Of a DNA stretch of 47,699 nt, positions 24,796 to 38,467 are shown one piece after another. A model generated the notes under the pieces. The model saw only the letters and a program-made list of their open reading frames with translations, did not search any database and was not told where the DNA came from. The position numbers and the translations under genes are program-made. This stretch comes from Chiloscyllium plagiosum (lineage: Eukaryota). How positions within the stretch are numbered: the first letter of the stretch is position 1; every line of letters starts with the position of its first letter. Location: NCBI RefSeq assembly GCF_004010195.1, contig NC_057752.1, positions 8,374,567 through 8,422,265 of the forward strand, written 5' to 3'.

Positions 24796-27679
24796 TTAAA
24801 TTCATCCAACATGAATATACTGCCTTTTTTACATGCCCTCATTATCACCTGATTTATTCTCTGTTTGAAAGTATCCTACCATTAGAGGGCCTATAGACTA
24901 CATTCACCAATGTCTTCTTCCCCTCATTATCTCTTATCTGCACCCATATGGATTCTACATCTTCTGATCCAAGATCATTTCTTGCTATTGTACTTATTAT
25001 GTCTCATTCTAACAACGCTACCCCACCAACATTTCCTTCTTATTTGTCCTTTCAAAAAATGATGTTGACTTCAATGCACTTGAGACAAGTATCAATGAAA
25101 GAACAGAGAACTTATTGCAGTACAGTAATCTGTGCTGAACAGATCAGTGGTCTCAGTTACAGAATGTAGCTTGCAGGCAAGACATCATTGCAAGTGCACA
25201 GAAATGGCAGGTGTGCCATAACAGTCCCAGCGTGCATCACAGGAACAGATGATGCATTTAAAAGCTACAAAATATGAGTGCAGAACAGCTTATTCCTGGT
25301 ATAGATAAAGATTCCTCCAGATCACTGGTAAGTGGAATTAAAGGCCATTGAAAAATCTGGAAATGTGCAAGGGTTGTCAATTACCAGTTTATCCTTAAAG
25401 CAGATATTTGCCTAATGTCATGCATAATACAGGCATTTCATATTAAGAATTTCAGTCAATGTTTTTGAAAATTGGACACAAGCTGTTAAAATGGCTGCCA
25501 CAAATCATGCAACCTTTGGCACTTAGACCAGACAGTATCAAGTCTCAGGAAAATGCCTAATTAAATGTAGACATAGTGAGGGTACCTGTGGAATTCACAT
25601 GTTATTGTTTAAGAATGGGTCAAAACACAGACTATGAAGTTGACAGACTCCCTGCCTCAATGTTTCATACTGAACAAAAGGGAACGTTGAAACTTCTGAA
25701 CCCTACTCAGTCTTGTTTGGATGGGGAGGCCATTATGATTGGTCGCTGTCACCTTCCCATTGCATCACAATGCCTCCCCATCCAATCCGGACTGGGTAGG
25801 CCTCAGAAGGGCTAATACACAACAGGGGATGTGGATTCAACTTGAACTTGTAAAAGGCCACTTGATAAGAAGGCTGATCTTTCAGATGGAAAAAAAAATG
25901 GCAAATTGCTGTTTGCAGGTAGATCCAGCAATCCATCAGTTGTTAGCCAGTCTGAGAACTAGACTTTGAAATGAGCTGCTAGAGTACTTAGTCTGATACA
26001 GTTTCAAAGTTAACCTAAAAACCAACCTCCGAGATAATCAACTCCAAGAAACCTCACAACCTGCTGTAACCTTTTATTTTACAAGACTCTCTTTTCAACT
26101 TTAAAGCATCAAATCCATTCAAGAAATCACAGGTCTGCCAAGTGGGAGACCAGAGATCAAATATCAATAACTGTAATCTGTAACTATTCAGGTGTGTATG
26201 TCTGTGCAAATGGCCATGCATGATACAGAATGTGCCATAGCATTAACTTGCAGCAAGTGCAAGAGTATAAATAACCTTTAGTTTTAAACTTAAGATCGGT
26301 TGCTGCTGGATTATTTAGTTGCAATACACACTCTAAAGTTAAGAAAAAGCACATTACTTTCCATACAAAACATACTTATTAAGGTTAGTAAGCAGCACAT
26401 AAACACTGTCTGTGACAAAAGGAATAGTACATGAGCTAGTTCAAGTTACTCTAGTTTACAATACATGAGAAGAAAGTGGAGCACATGGATCATATTTACT
26501 GCAAGTACTATTAGGCAAATCAAAAAAAAGTCACTCAAATCTTGAAATAAGTCTTTTAATATATGCAGTAGAAATCCAAAACACACGAAATATGTCAAGA
26601 CAATACAAACATGACAGGGTTAAAGGGGAAAATTACACAAAGCAGGAGATGCTCATGAACAAATCTGACCTGGTCTGCTAAAAAAATCTTTCAGCTTCTT
26701 TCTTAGGATAAATCATCATGCTTTATGACATAGCAGTCTCTATTGTTGCATGGCTGATTTTGTGATGATAATTGCTGCATCCTGTGGCCTATGGCTTATT
26801 GTTGCTACTCAGATATTGTTACAGTGAAGCCTTTATCCTTGGAGAGATGTGTGCTACATGTCACACACGAAATGGACTGGAAATCTTCTCTATTGCAAAG
26901 GCACTCATAATTGGTCAAAATGTCTGATACCTTGCTGGAGTTCCCTCCTCTGAATTTTACTCATTATAGTTCTGCTCTATCAAGGAAAGCATACAAATGT
27001 AATGAACCATGGTTGCACTATAATCGGCTGAAATGTACAAGTCAAGTGCTCCTTGGAAAAGGTCAACAGAATGATTTTTTTAGTCAATGATTCCATGTTC
27101 ATCGAGTAACAACGCTTCCTCTCAATTAAAGTGCAAAATTATGTACAAGCACACAAGCATCCACATGTAAAGTTTATGATTCTATGTCTCCTAGGAAAAT
27201 TGAAATACACTTGTGTGTTGCTGCTCATTGTCAAGGTTTATAGGTATATGCATGGTGAAATGGAGCAATTGTCACTTGTTTTATTAAATTAGTTAATACA
27301 TCAGTATTTGATGTAAACAAATGAAAGGCTCTGTGGCACACTAGTTGAGTGTGATGTAGAGTTCCCCTGTGGCTGATAGTATAGTACAGACGTTGGACTG
27401 TGTCTACATGTCTATTCTTTGAAGATGGTACATCTTAGTGGCAGCCTTTCACTGAGCCATGGTCTGCATGGGCTTTCATCTGCTGAGATTTAGGGAGCCT
27501 ATGATCGCACAGTTTATCCACTTACGTGGAATATTGGCAGTGGTAATCTCTTATGCCCACAGTTCCCTCTATTTGCTTACCTATATGATAATTTGATCTC
27601 CACCCATGTAATTAAACATTTCAAACAAAAACTTCTTTCTCTACTGAGATTATTATTTTCTGTAGATCCAAAGAAAGAA

Positions 27680-28010
27680 CTGGTACTTGTATTACGCCGC
27701 TCATGACCTCAGAATATCCCAAAGCATTTGACAAACAATCGATTACTTTTGAAGCAGAAATGTAGGAAACACAGCAACTAATTAGCGCACAGTAAATTCT
27801 CATAAACAGCAATTTAATCATGACCAGGGCATCTGTTTTTATTAAATATTAAAATATTGTTGATTGAGGGTTAATTATTTCCTAATGACTAGGGATAATG
27901 TCCAGTTCTCTATGAGAGAGCAGACAAGATCTCTGTTTAATGTGCCATCTGAAAACATTACTACTAACAGCGCAGCACTCCCTTAGTACTGCACTGGAGC
28001 ATCAGCTTCG
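27680..28010 (-). mobile_element. Deu-domain SINE (SacSINE1-like); related copies at about 1300-1530 (-) and 41998-42337 (+)
   Basis: ccctcaatcaaca...aaaacagatgccctggtcatgattaaattgctgttt...gtgcgctaattagttgctg resembles the Deu domain. Confidence 0.65.
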
Positions 28011-28487
28011 ATTTTTATGCTCATAAATTTTATATTGTACATGATAAGTGGAAGATCGAAAGTGAGGGCTTTAATTTGCATGACTCGTTTTAGCTCTAGA
28101 AAAGTTAAAAACAGCATTATGTTGGCAACATTCATAAACTATTGTAAGAGCTTCACTGGAAGTTCTGAAAATGCATTAAAAAGAAATCAAAATTGCCTGG
28201 TTGATGCTTGCTTTATTTAGATATATCAACCTAAATGCACATAATGGAGCAACATTATGTTCAGAGTTCCCAATCTCCTTGAACAATTCAGAAAAGTGAA
28301 GAAGGGGAAAATTTACAGAACCTGTAGCAAGCTCATTTTTATGTATTTCCTGATAGGAGGTTAAAGGGCAACGTTGCCCACTGTTGGGCAGAAGCCGATA
28401 TGTATCTCAAAGAGACCTAAAGGAAGGTAGGAAGAGGAAAATAACTTTAAAATCAAATAAACAGTGCAAAAAAAACCAAAATTTTAC

Positions 28488-28661
28488 CATCATAGGAAAG
28501 ACAATTGCCGCAGGTGAGGCTTTGATGACCCACAGCAGGACCAGACAGGTGAGCTGTATGAGTGTAAAAAGGTGAACTTTGCGCAGAGGCACATGACGCA
28601 GGTAGATAAAATCTGGTTGGTGCTTGGCTGGCATCGCAAATAGTTGCAGACGATCAAAGAA
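28488..28661 (-). CDS. slc4a8: SLC4A8-like exon ([58 protein letters not shown])
   Basis: tttttccag| acceptor and |gtaaaa donor; 174 nt, phase 0/0; near-identical to the recalled mammalian NDCBE sequence ([25 protein letters not shown]). Confidence 0.95.
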
Positions 28662-29382
28662 CTGGAAAAAGCAAGATTTAATAATTAAAAGGGTTGGTAA
28701 CTTTCAAAAGATCAGGCTCATCCATAGTATTCATTACAAAATTATATTGTGTTAAATTTGTGAAACCATTATCAGCCAAAGGAAAGATTTTTGAATTAAG
28801 ATAATAAAGTAAGCAACAAACATCTTCAGGTGTAATGCAGTTTGCATCTTTCCAAAATTGTTGTGTGAGGGGAGGAGAAAAAGAAGTTAATATAAATGGG
28901 TACTAAAATATGTGTCACTCAATTTTGGGAATATATTATACTGAAACACGTTTGATACCTGAAAAAAAAGTCCAGTTTGTCTGCTTGCCTTTTTGCTTCT
29001 AAATGAAACCAACCGGTAATTTACTCTTTTACACAGTAGAAGTAAATTCATAATGCCTTTTCTAACAATGCTGAATATAATGTATGAAGAAAATGAGACT
29101 TTGTTTAATTTTCTATTTGAAATGATGTCTCTAAATTTGCTAAATTATGCAAAGCATATTAACAATTGAAATTCTACAATTATGAAACTCAACATTAAAT
29201 AGCACAAAATTGTTTACTTGTTTGACAAAGCAGTTAAAATATTTGGGTTCCAGAGAAAATAATGAATATACAGTATATTTTCTTCATAGTATTAAATACT
29301 ACTGTATTACAAATTTCATATGGCGAGTATAATTCTGCTACATGTTGCAGTGGAAAGTCTGTTTTCTGAATGTACTCCTCAC

Positions 29383-29451
29383 CTGAATTCCTTTCAGTGA
29401 TGAGACCCCCATGTAAAGAAAGACTCCATAAAGCACTGGCATCGGAATGAA
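29383..29451 (-). CDS. slc4a8: SLC4A8-like exon ([23 protein letters not shown]), transmembrane region
   Basis: Minus strand reads ...tattcacag|TTC ATT CCG ATG...ATT CAG|gtgagg; 69 nt, phase 0/0; peptide is the conserved SLC4 Na+/HCO3- transporter motif. The upstream exon was not found in the window. Confidence 0.95.
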
Positions 29452-29686
29452 CTGTGAATACAAAGTGATTGCAAGTGTCACAAATGAAACTGGCACATAT
29501 TGCTGGTCCACTCAATCAATGTTTCTCCTGATGTGACTTTCCCCTCTACTGTACAAAATGATTTTACAAACAGTATTGGTTACTGGTAATTCAATGCCAA
29601 GACTAATTTGTAACTATAGTAATTTTTTACAGCTTAAAAGGAAGCCATAGCTTGCTGCACATGACAACATATGTGACAACTATTCA

Positions 29687-30048
29687 TAGAATCCCAAAAC
29701 TGTGGAAGCAGGCCATTGGCCCACCAAATCCATACTGACCCTATGAGGAGCATCTTATCCAGACTTACACTGCCACCCTATGCCTGTAAAGCTGCATTTC
29801 CCACGCATCTCTGGACACTATGGGTAATTTAACATGGCCATCCACTTAACCTGCAAATCTTTGGACTGTGGGAGGAAACCGGAGGACCCGGAAGTAGCCC
29901 ACACAGACCATAAGACATGGGAGCAGAGATCAGGCCATTCAGCACAGGGAGAATGTGCAAACTCCATACAGACAGTCACCCGAAGCTGGAATCGAACCCA
30001 GGTCTGTAGTGCTGTGAGGCAGCAGTGCTAACCACTGATCCTCCATGC
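29687..30048 (-). mobile_element. HE1-like (V-SINE) tRNA-derived SINE
   Basis: Minus strand tcagtggttagcactgctgcctcacagc...ctgggttcgattc (A and B boxes), central gagtttgcacattctcccc, CR1-like tail. Confidence 0.8.
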
Positions 30049-30299
30049 GATCTCTGTTGGTGTGCAATAAATTCAAACTGATTTTTCCATTCTCTCTTCC
30101 AGCAAAATGTGTTCCCCTTCACTCAGCAACTTTCCTAATAGTACATTCAAGGGAAAGATAATGGCATAGTAATGTCACTCGACTTGTAATCCAGAGGCCC
30201 AGGCTAATGTTCCAGGGGCATGGATACAAATGTCACTGCTGCAGCTGGTGGAATTTAAAGTTAAATCATAAATCTGGAGTTGAACATTGAAACTATCAT

Positions 30300-31170
30300 T
30301 GATAGGTTGTTCAGGGTTTCAGAAGGATAGAGAGAAAGGAAAAGGAGGTGTTGTAGCTTTGTTAGTAAAGGATACATCAGTGCTGTAGTGAGAAATAATT
30401 TTGGCACTGGAGATCAAGACAAATAGGTAGAAATAAGAAATAGCAAAAGAAACAAGTCCCTAGTAGGCATAATCTATACGTCCCCTCAGTAGATCCACAG
30501 TAGAACACAGTATAAACCAGGAAATAATGGAGGCTTGTACAAAAGTTAGAAATAATTGTGACTGATTTTAATATGCTTAATTAAATTGGGAAGTATTGTC
30601 TCGATGGAAAGCTCAGAGTGTATTAGAGATTGATTCTTGGAACAAAGATCTAGAATTGTTTAATGAGATGGGATTAATTAATGATCTCATAGTAAAGGAT
30701 CTTCTAGGAACAGTGATCACAGCAGACTGGAAAGGGCAATAAATTTGATCCCACATTAGTGTTCTGATATTAAACAGATATATGAGGACAGATTTGGACC
30801 TAGTGGATCTGGTAGAAAGACTAAAAGGTAGGATAGTTGATGAATAGTGGCAGACACTGCCATTCAGTTGCTCCCAATGAAATTATATTCCAGCTGGGAA
30901 GAAAGATTGTAAGGGTGATAAAGCATCCACGTCTAAGCAAGGAAGTTAAAGATACCATAAAGGCAAAAACCAAGGCATACCATATTGCAAAGGTCAGGCT
31001 AGAGGCGGGAGGATTTGGAATCTTTTAAAGACCAACAAAGGCCTACTAAAAACGTAATAAAAATAATGATGGTTAATTATGAAAGATAACTAATGCAAAA
31101 CATAAAAATGGACAGCAAATGTTTCTGTAAGTACATAAAAAGAGAATAGCTGAAGTGAATGTTGAATGTA
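30300..31170 (+). mobile_element. Decayed CR1 ORF2 fragment (endonuclease region)
   Basis: Remnants such as RKGKGGVVALLVK and LGNSDH. Confidence 0.6.
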
Positions 31171-31744
31171 AACTCAATAGGCTGAAGTGTCTCATCTACT
31201 GACCCATCTACAAACAGCCTCCCTTGCTGTTTCAACAAAGCAGCACTGTAAACATGACTTACAACGAGTTTTTTCAAAAGTGCAGCATTCCTTTCACAAT
31301 CCTTGGTTTAAAATAGTCCTTTTCCTTTTTCAGTCCACAATGAATAATACTGAAAGATAAAGCAATGCAGTCTTTGTATAAGGATTTGATTAGCTGACTT
31401 GATCAGTGTTCTGGGACCGGAGAATATGACTACAAGTGAGTCAGCTAAAGGGCAGGATCACAGAAGCCTTGGCCTTTGTAATTGTCCAACAGGTTTGAGG
31501 ATTTTTTAGTTTGTCTGAGGTGAGAATGAAGGCTGCAGGATGGATGAGCAAACTGAGCATGCCGCAGTGGTACAAGAAGCCATTCAACAGGAGTGAGTAA
31601 GGAGAAATGTTGTGTAGTAGGGGATGGTATAGCGAGGGAGATTGATTCTCTGCAGCAAAGAACCTGAGTCCAGATGGCTGTGTCGCTTGTCTGGTCTCAA
31701 GGATTGGCATATCTGTTCAGGGTTGGAGAGGAACTTGCAGTGTT

Positions 31745-33185
31745 ATAGAGGTCTACAGCTCAGTAAAAAAGGCCCTTTGGCCAATCATGTCTAGTCAAAA
31801 ACAAGTACCCAACTGTTCTAAGTCCATTTTCCAATTCCTGGCCCATAGCCTTGTTTGCTTCAGGATCACAAGTGCATGTCTAAATATTTCCTAAAGGTTA
31901 TGAGAGTTTCTCCCTCTATCACGCTTACAGATAGTGAGTTCCAGATCTACAACACCGTCAGGGTGAAAGACATTTTCTTCATATTCCCCTCTAAACCTCT
32001 TGCCCCTTATCATAGACCTATGTACCCCATCATTGATCCCTCCACCATTGGGAAAAAATTCATTCTTTCTAACTTACCTATGCCCCTCATAATTTTGTTC
32101 ATCTCAATCATGTCCTTCCCCTCAGTCTCCTCTGCTCCAAGGAAAACTCCAACCCCAGTCTGTCTAAACTCTCTTCATAACTGAAACTCTCCAGCCCAGG
32201 CAACATCCTGGTAAGTCTACCCTGCTCCCTCTCCAGTGCCAACACATCCCTCCTATCATGTGGATTCCAGAACTGCACACAATGCTCTAGCTGTGGCCTA
32301 AACAATATTTGTATATAGTTCCGGCATAGCCTCCCTCTGCTTAAACTCTATGCTTTGGCTAATAAGAGCAAATATCCATAATGCTTTCTTAACCAGTTTC
32401 TTAACAATTTAAGGGACCAGTGGATATGCACACCAAGGTACCTCCGACCCTCAGTGATTCTGAGGGCTCAACGTGTACTTCCATGACTTGTTTGTCCTGC
32501 CCAAGTTCATTGCCTCATGCTGATTGGGACTGAATTCCATTTGCCACTGACCAGCCATCTATATCCTAATGTCAGCTAAAGTTATCCTCCTCACTATTTA
32601 CGATCCTATCAATTTCCATATCATCCACAAAATCACTGATCAATGCTCCTACCATCAAGTCTAAATTATTTATATATACCACAAACAGCAAGAGCCCCAA
32701 CACTGATGCCTGTGAAACCCCACTGGACACAAAAACACACCTTGACCATCACTCTCTGCTTCCTGCCACTCCACCAATTCTGGATCAATTAGCCAAATTT
32801 CTTTGAATCCCATGGGCTTTACCTTCACTACCAGTCTCTCATGTGGGACCTTATTAAAAACAAACATTGCTGAAGTCCAAGTAGACATCAAATGGATTGT
32901 CCTCAGATACACACCCAGTCACCTCTGAAAAATTCAATCAAGTTGGTCAGACATGATCTCCCATTAACAAAACAATGCTAATTGTTCTTGATTGATCCCC
33001 ATCTCTCCAAATACAGATTAATTCCATCCCTCAGAATTGCTTCCAATACCTTCCCCATCACTGACGTTAAACCGAATGGCTTGAAGTTTCCTGGCTTATC
33101 CCTTCCTCCCTTCTTGCATGATCTTAGCACATTGACTGTCTTCCAGTCCTCTGGCACCTCTCCTGTGATGAGAGAGGAATTGTAA
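31745..33185 (-). mobile_element. CR1 LINE fragment
   Basis: RPQLEHCVQFWNPH...LTRMLPGLESFSYEE; FNKVPHERL. Confidence 0.88.
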
Positions 33186-33191
33186 ATCAGT

Positions 33192-33545
33192 GTGCCTTGC
33201 TCATCAGCCTGGGTTACATTTCATGAGGTCCAGTTGGCGGATCCAGTCGTCATGGTCTATGTAGGCACCAATGACATTGGTGGGAAACTAAGAAGCAGGG
33301 CCTCAAAGGTCATAATCTCTGGATTATTACCTGAACCGCATGCAAATTTCTTTATGGAAAATCAGATTAAAGAAATGAATGCTTGGCTCAAAACTGGTGA
33401 GAGAGGTGGATTCCAGTTCATAGAGGACTGGCATCAATACTGGGGAAAGTGCAATCTGTATTAATTGGATCATGTCCACCTAAACTGTATTGGTGATTTT
33501 GCTGAAGTATAATTAGGGATGGAGGAAGAATTTTAAATTAAGCAG
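33192..33545 (+). mobile_element. CR1 ORF1 remnant (SGNH esterase-like); appears to continue after the Gypsy at about 38078-38465 (ORF2 endonuclease)
   Basis: VVMVYVGTNDIG...KVIISGLLPEP; DLVAITETWLQDD at about 38290. Confidence 0.75.
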
Positions 33546-35885
33546 TGGAGATAGGGGGAAGCAACTCCACAGAGGCCAATATCCTGTGACCAAGTCACCC
33601 TCTGTTTATCATGGAGAGTCCTTGACATTGATCCACTTCTGCAGAGCCAGGGCTCAGACTGAACAGAACCTGTGATACTCCAGTTTATATTTGTCAGCCA
33701 GGTCTCCCTGATTGGACCAGATTAACAGCCTCAATCAGGGAACTCATATTTTATGAGATCCACCCGACTGACCTTGTTAGACTCATTACATCCCTCTCCC
33801 TCTGAGTCCGAGTACATAGACTAGTTCTTTGTTTTTGTAACTCCTTCTGGGCATTTTAGCACTGGGTCAGGTCCCTCCAACTCTGCCTCTGATACGGGCA
33901 GCGCGTAACACATAATAGTTCACCTCTTGCATCCAGAGTGTTTCCTGAAGGCTATGGCTTGGCTACACGACCATTTCCAAGGCTAGCCGATTTTTAAGAG
34001 TTGATGCAAAGTTGCCAGGATGAAGACCAAGTTATGTATGGACCTTCTGTAATTGTTCACCAGCCCAAGGAAAGACTTAAGCTCTAGTACATATGTGGGA
34101 GACCTTTGATCGTCCTCACTTTATCTTCCAAAGGGTGTAACCTGTCTTGTCGATTCTGTAGCCCAAATAGGTCACTTAGGGTGCCTGGAACACATATCTT
34201 TCCCTTCTAAGGCATACACCCATCTGGGAGAAACATCTAAGGACTATTTCCAAGTTCTTTAAGTGCTCCTTATTGATCTTCCCTGTGATTAGCACATCAC
34301 CTTGATATATGGCGACCAGGGCTAAACCTTGTAAAATGTTCTCCATCGTCCACTGGAAAATGGCACAGGCTGAAGATACCCCAAATGGCAGTCTTTGTTT
34401 ATTGGTACAAATCCTTATGGATATTAATTGTAGCATACTTCTGGGAATCCTCATCTAACTGCAATTACAGGTACGCATGGCTCATGCCAAGCTTCGTGAA
34501 GGACAGCAACCCCTTCCAGCTTTGTGTATCAATCCTCTATGTGAGAGATTGGGTATTTATCCAACTGTGAAAAGCAGTTTACCATTCACAAAGGCAAACC
34601 GACCCAATGGGGCTTAACAATCGGTGCTGCCTGTTTCATAAACTGGACTGGTTTGACAATTCCTTCACTTTCCAGCCTGGTGATTGCTGCCTCTACTTTT
34701 GCCTGTAAGTCAAATGGCACTGGACGGGTCTTGCAGAATCATGGAATTACTTCCTGGTCAACATGCAAGGTGGCCTTGGCTCCTTTGATAGTCCCTAGAC
34801 CTTCCTGAAAAACCTCTGGTTATTTAATTAGGACTTCACTCGGGCAGTCATTTTCTACTTGAAAAATGTTGAGCCGATCATGTGGAATCTGTCTCAAACA
34901 ATTCTGTCCCATCCAGCTTGGGCCTGAGCCTTTTACTACAATCAGTGGGAACCAAACCAGCTGCTTCTGATAAGAAGCCAGAACCAAAGTTGTACCCTTA
35001 ATCTGTAAAGGTTCCCCGATATCGGTTCTCAGTGTAGCTGAGGTCTTACACAAACCTAAGGGTTGGAGTCCAGAGTGAATTTTGTTAATGACTAGTTCTG
35101 CGATCACTGATACAGCTGCACCGGTATCAATCTCCATTAGAATTAGGTGACCATTTACCCAGACATTTATTTGATTGATTCTGTTTGGATGTTGCTAAGC
35201 AATTTAACTGTTCCAAACCAGATGTAGGTGGACTTCCCAGGACGTGCACTCTCCTGGATACTGACCTATGAGTTGTCTTACTCAATTCAGGCCCTAGTGG
35301 ACTCTTTTGTTGTCTCAAGTCCTTATACCGGCAGCAACTACAATGGCTTACCAACTCAGATCCTGAAGAAAAATTTAACTGGCCAATGCCTGGCTTGTTT
35401 TGGGGTTTTGCTGTGGGCTGACCTCGAGTCCCTCTGTTCAGGATATGTCCTGAATGAGGCTATGCAATTGCCATCCCTCATGTGGTGTTCCCCAAGCTCA
35501 GTTGGAGTGTCGAGGATGTCCACTTCCACCAGAATACCCTATAACTCATATGCTCCACTTGCCACATTGTCCAATGATAAAGACAAATGTAGTGCATGTT
35601 TAAAGTCCACTTGGACTTTAGCTAGTAGGTGCTTTTGCATAATAACATAATTAATCCGACATACCAAATGGGCTCTCAGCATCTCAATAAGGGTTAAACC
35701 AAAGTCACATGCCTCTGCCAGTCATTCAAACTTGGTCAAAATCCCAACATGGATTCCCCAGTTCTCAAATTGCCAAAAAAAAAGCATCTCAGAATTAGAG
35801 GAGGCTTAACTAAGTCCATCAACTCTGGAAAGGTTTAAATATCTGGTGCCTCAGGGAAAGTTAGGCTCCTAATAACCAAGAAAGC

Positions 35886-37632
35886 TGTTGAGGAAGTTTG
35901 AAAGCCACAAATTTTTACTTCTTTATCATGACATACTGGAACTCAAGGGTTAAAATTCCACTACTAAAAGAAAGACAGAGGGTAGTGGTGGAGGGTTGTT
36001 TTTCGGACTGGAGGCCTGTGACCAGTGGAGTGCCACAAGGATCAGTGCTGGATCCAGTACTTTTCATTTATATAAAAGATTTGGATGTGAGTATTAGAGG
36101 TATAGTTAGTAAGTTTGCAGGTGACACCAAAATTGGAGGTGTAGTGGACAGCGAAGATGGTTACCTCAGATTACAACGGGATCTTGATCAGATGGGCCAA
36201 TGGGCTGAGAAGTGGCAGATGGAGTTTAATTTAGATAAATGTGAGGTGCTGCATTTTGGGAAAGCAAATCTGAGCAGGACTTAATGGTAAGGTCCTGGGG
36301 AGTGTTGCTGAACAAAGAGACCTTCAGGTACATATTCATAGCTCCTTGAAAGTGGAGCCGCAGGTAGATAGGATAGTGAAGAAGACATTTGGTATGCTTT
36401 CCTATATTGGGTGGAGTATTGAGTACAGGAGTTGGGAGGTCATGTTGTGGCTGTACAGGACATTGGTTAGGCCACTGTTGGAATATTGCATGCAATTCTG
36501 GTCTCCTTCCTATCAGAAAGATGTTGTGAAACGTGAAAGGTGTTCAGAAAAGATTGAAAAGGATGTTGCCAGGGTTGGAGGATTTGAGCTATAGGGAGAG
36601 GCTGAACAGGCTGGGGCTGTTTTCGGAGGCCGAGGGGTACCCTATCGAGGTTTATAAAATCATGAGGGACACGGATAGTATAAACAGAGAGAGTCTTTTC
36701 CCTGGGATGGGGGACTCCAGAACTAGAGGGCATAGATTTAGGGGTGAGAGGGGAAAGATATAAAAGAGACCTAAGGGGCAACTTTTCATGCAGAGGGTGG
36801 TCTGTGTATGGAATGAGCTGCCAGAGGAAGTGGTGGAGGCTAGTACAGTTGCAACATTTAAAAGGCATCTGGATGGGTATATGAATAAGAAGGGTTTGGA
36901 GGGATATGGGCCAGGTGCTAGCAGGTGGGTCTAGATTGGGATGGCATGGACGGGTTGGACCGAAGGGTCTGTTTCCGTGCTGTACATCTCTATGACTCTA
37001 TGACTCACTGCAGTATCGATTGTATGCTTGTCCTCTTACAGAATGAGATGGGGCATCACAGCAGGGGGGCTGGCTGACTCCAAGAGAACAGAATCCTCTG
37101 GAGCCATACATGTGGATTTCACTTGCAGCCTCAGGCAAAGGTGTTTGTCCTCCCTGGACAAGGCTGATAGCCTTGTCCGTAACCTTATTGACTGCATCCT
37201 GTTCCCATTATCATGCTTCCCCTACCTATTAACATGGGCATGTGAATTCAACAATGAGAACAAAGCAAAGTCCTTCTGTCTAAATCCCTATCCATCAACA
37301 TATGATTATGAAGATTACAATAACCAATCCCTGTAAACCATTCGCTAGTTGTCACAGGAAATCGGCAATCACCGGGCATTGTAAATTTGTTATTACCTGT
37401 CTTAGACCAATGTAACGGCAATCAACCATGTGATTTGTTGACCTCTGTATTATTCCTATAAAATATCCTGCCTTTGTGTGTAGGGCAGAGATTCGTTGAG
37501 AAGTGCCACCACAAGTAAACTACAAGACTCCTTTGGTGTCACTGAGAATCTCTCGCCAATTGTCTGATAATAAGCATCTACCGTTGTACTAAAACTTGTG
37601 TCATCCAGATTTGCGGAAAAATTACTTCAACA
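35886..37632. mobile_element. Probable solo LTR (TGTTGAGG...CTTCAACA) inserted in the Gypsy gag and itself interrupted by a CR1
   Basis: Inverted termini TGTTGA/TCAACA; gag sequence resumes on both sides; TATA-like ctataaaa near 37457; no clean TSD seen. Confidence 0.55.
35970..37006 (+). mobile_element. CR1 LINE, 5'-truncated (RT C-terminal part and 3' tail)
   Basis: QRVVVEGCFSDWRPVTSGVPQGSVL...KFAGDTK...WQMEFNLDKCEVLHFG...RPLLEYCMQFWSP; tail (ctatgact)n. Confidence 0.93.
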
Positions 37633-38467
37633 AACTGTCAGGAGAATTACTCATTGCTTTTCATCTGCACCAATGTCATTTGCCCAGGAAAAAATGACAT
37701 ATTCTTTCCATGTACTGGGCCCAGACTTCAACAGCAGTATCAAATGAGTCAAACTTCTTAAATAATAGTTTGATGCCAGAAATGTTTGCCCCAACTCAAA
37801 GGTGACTGTTGTAAATGAATTTCTTCAAGACCGTGCTTTTCTCTCGTTGCCACTGAAATAACTCCACAGAGGCCAGTATCCCACCATTGAGTCACCCTTT
37901 ATTTACACGTGACACTGATCCAGCTCCCTCAGAGCCAGCTCTCAGAACAAACAGAACCTCTGACATCCTGTTCATATCTATCAGCCAGGACTCCCAGATT
38001 GGACCAGATTAACAGCACCAATCAGGGAACTTAGATTGTATGAGGTCCACCTGGTTGACCTCATTATAATCAGTACACAAGGGATACAATATGAGGAGAT
38101 GTGGTAATTCGAACAGCAGTGACAAGACCAAAGAGAATGGTATTAAGTAAGATATCAAACAGGCTGTGACAGGAAGGAATAGAAAGTATAAAGTTAATAA
38201 CCAACATACAAGAACAGAATTTAACATAATGGATAAAACTAAAGGCTTTGCGTCATCTGACTGCACACAGCATTCAAAACAAAACAGATCTAGTGGCCAT
38301 TACAGAGACCTGGCTACAGGATGACATAGATTGGGTCCTGAAACATAAAGATTACATGACATTTAGGAATGACAGGAAATTAAGAGAAGGCAGAAAGGTG
38401 GCTCTATTACTTAATGATGGTATTAGCACATTAGAGAGGGATGACCTAAGTTCAGGAAAAAAAGGGT

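Larger units (their letters stand above)
20258..25060 (-). mobile_element. Nested CR1 cluster: older minus-strand CR1 with a younger minus-strand CR1 (about 20655-22310) and a plus-strand CR1 (24271-24795) inside
   Basis: ORF-track peptides SQHGFVQGKSCLTNLIEFF, VTSDVPQGSVLGPLLF, RPLLEYCVQFWP. Confidence 0.88.
33563..38077 (-). mobile_element. Degenerate Ty3/Gypsy LTR retrotransposon with both LTRs and nested insertions
   Basis: 5' LTR 38077-37854 (TGTAC...TTTCA) followed by PBS-like TGGCAACGAG; gag (WAQYMERICHFF); protease MEIDTGAAVSVI; RT RLPFGVSSACAIFQ...YQGDVLITG; polypurine tract gggagaggga before the 3' LTR at 33790-33563. Confidence 0.9.

Noticed and set aside
25420..26400. Possible solo LTR (CCAAT-like motif, aataaacc)
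   Set aside because: Termini and TSD could not be defined.
28407..28487. Read-through extension after ...FPMM (VKFWFFLHC...)
   Set aside because: It is intronic after a valid GT donor and would truncate the last transmembrane segment; there is no supporting precedent.
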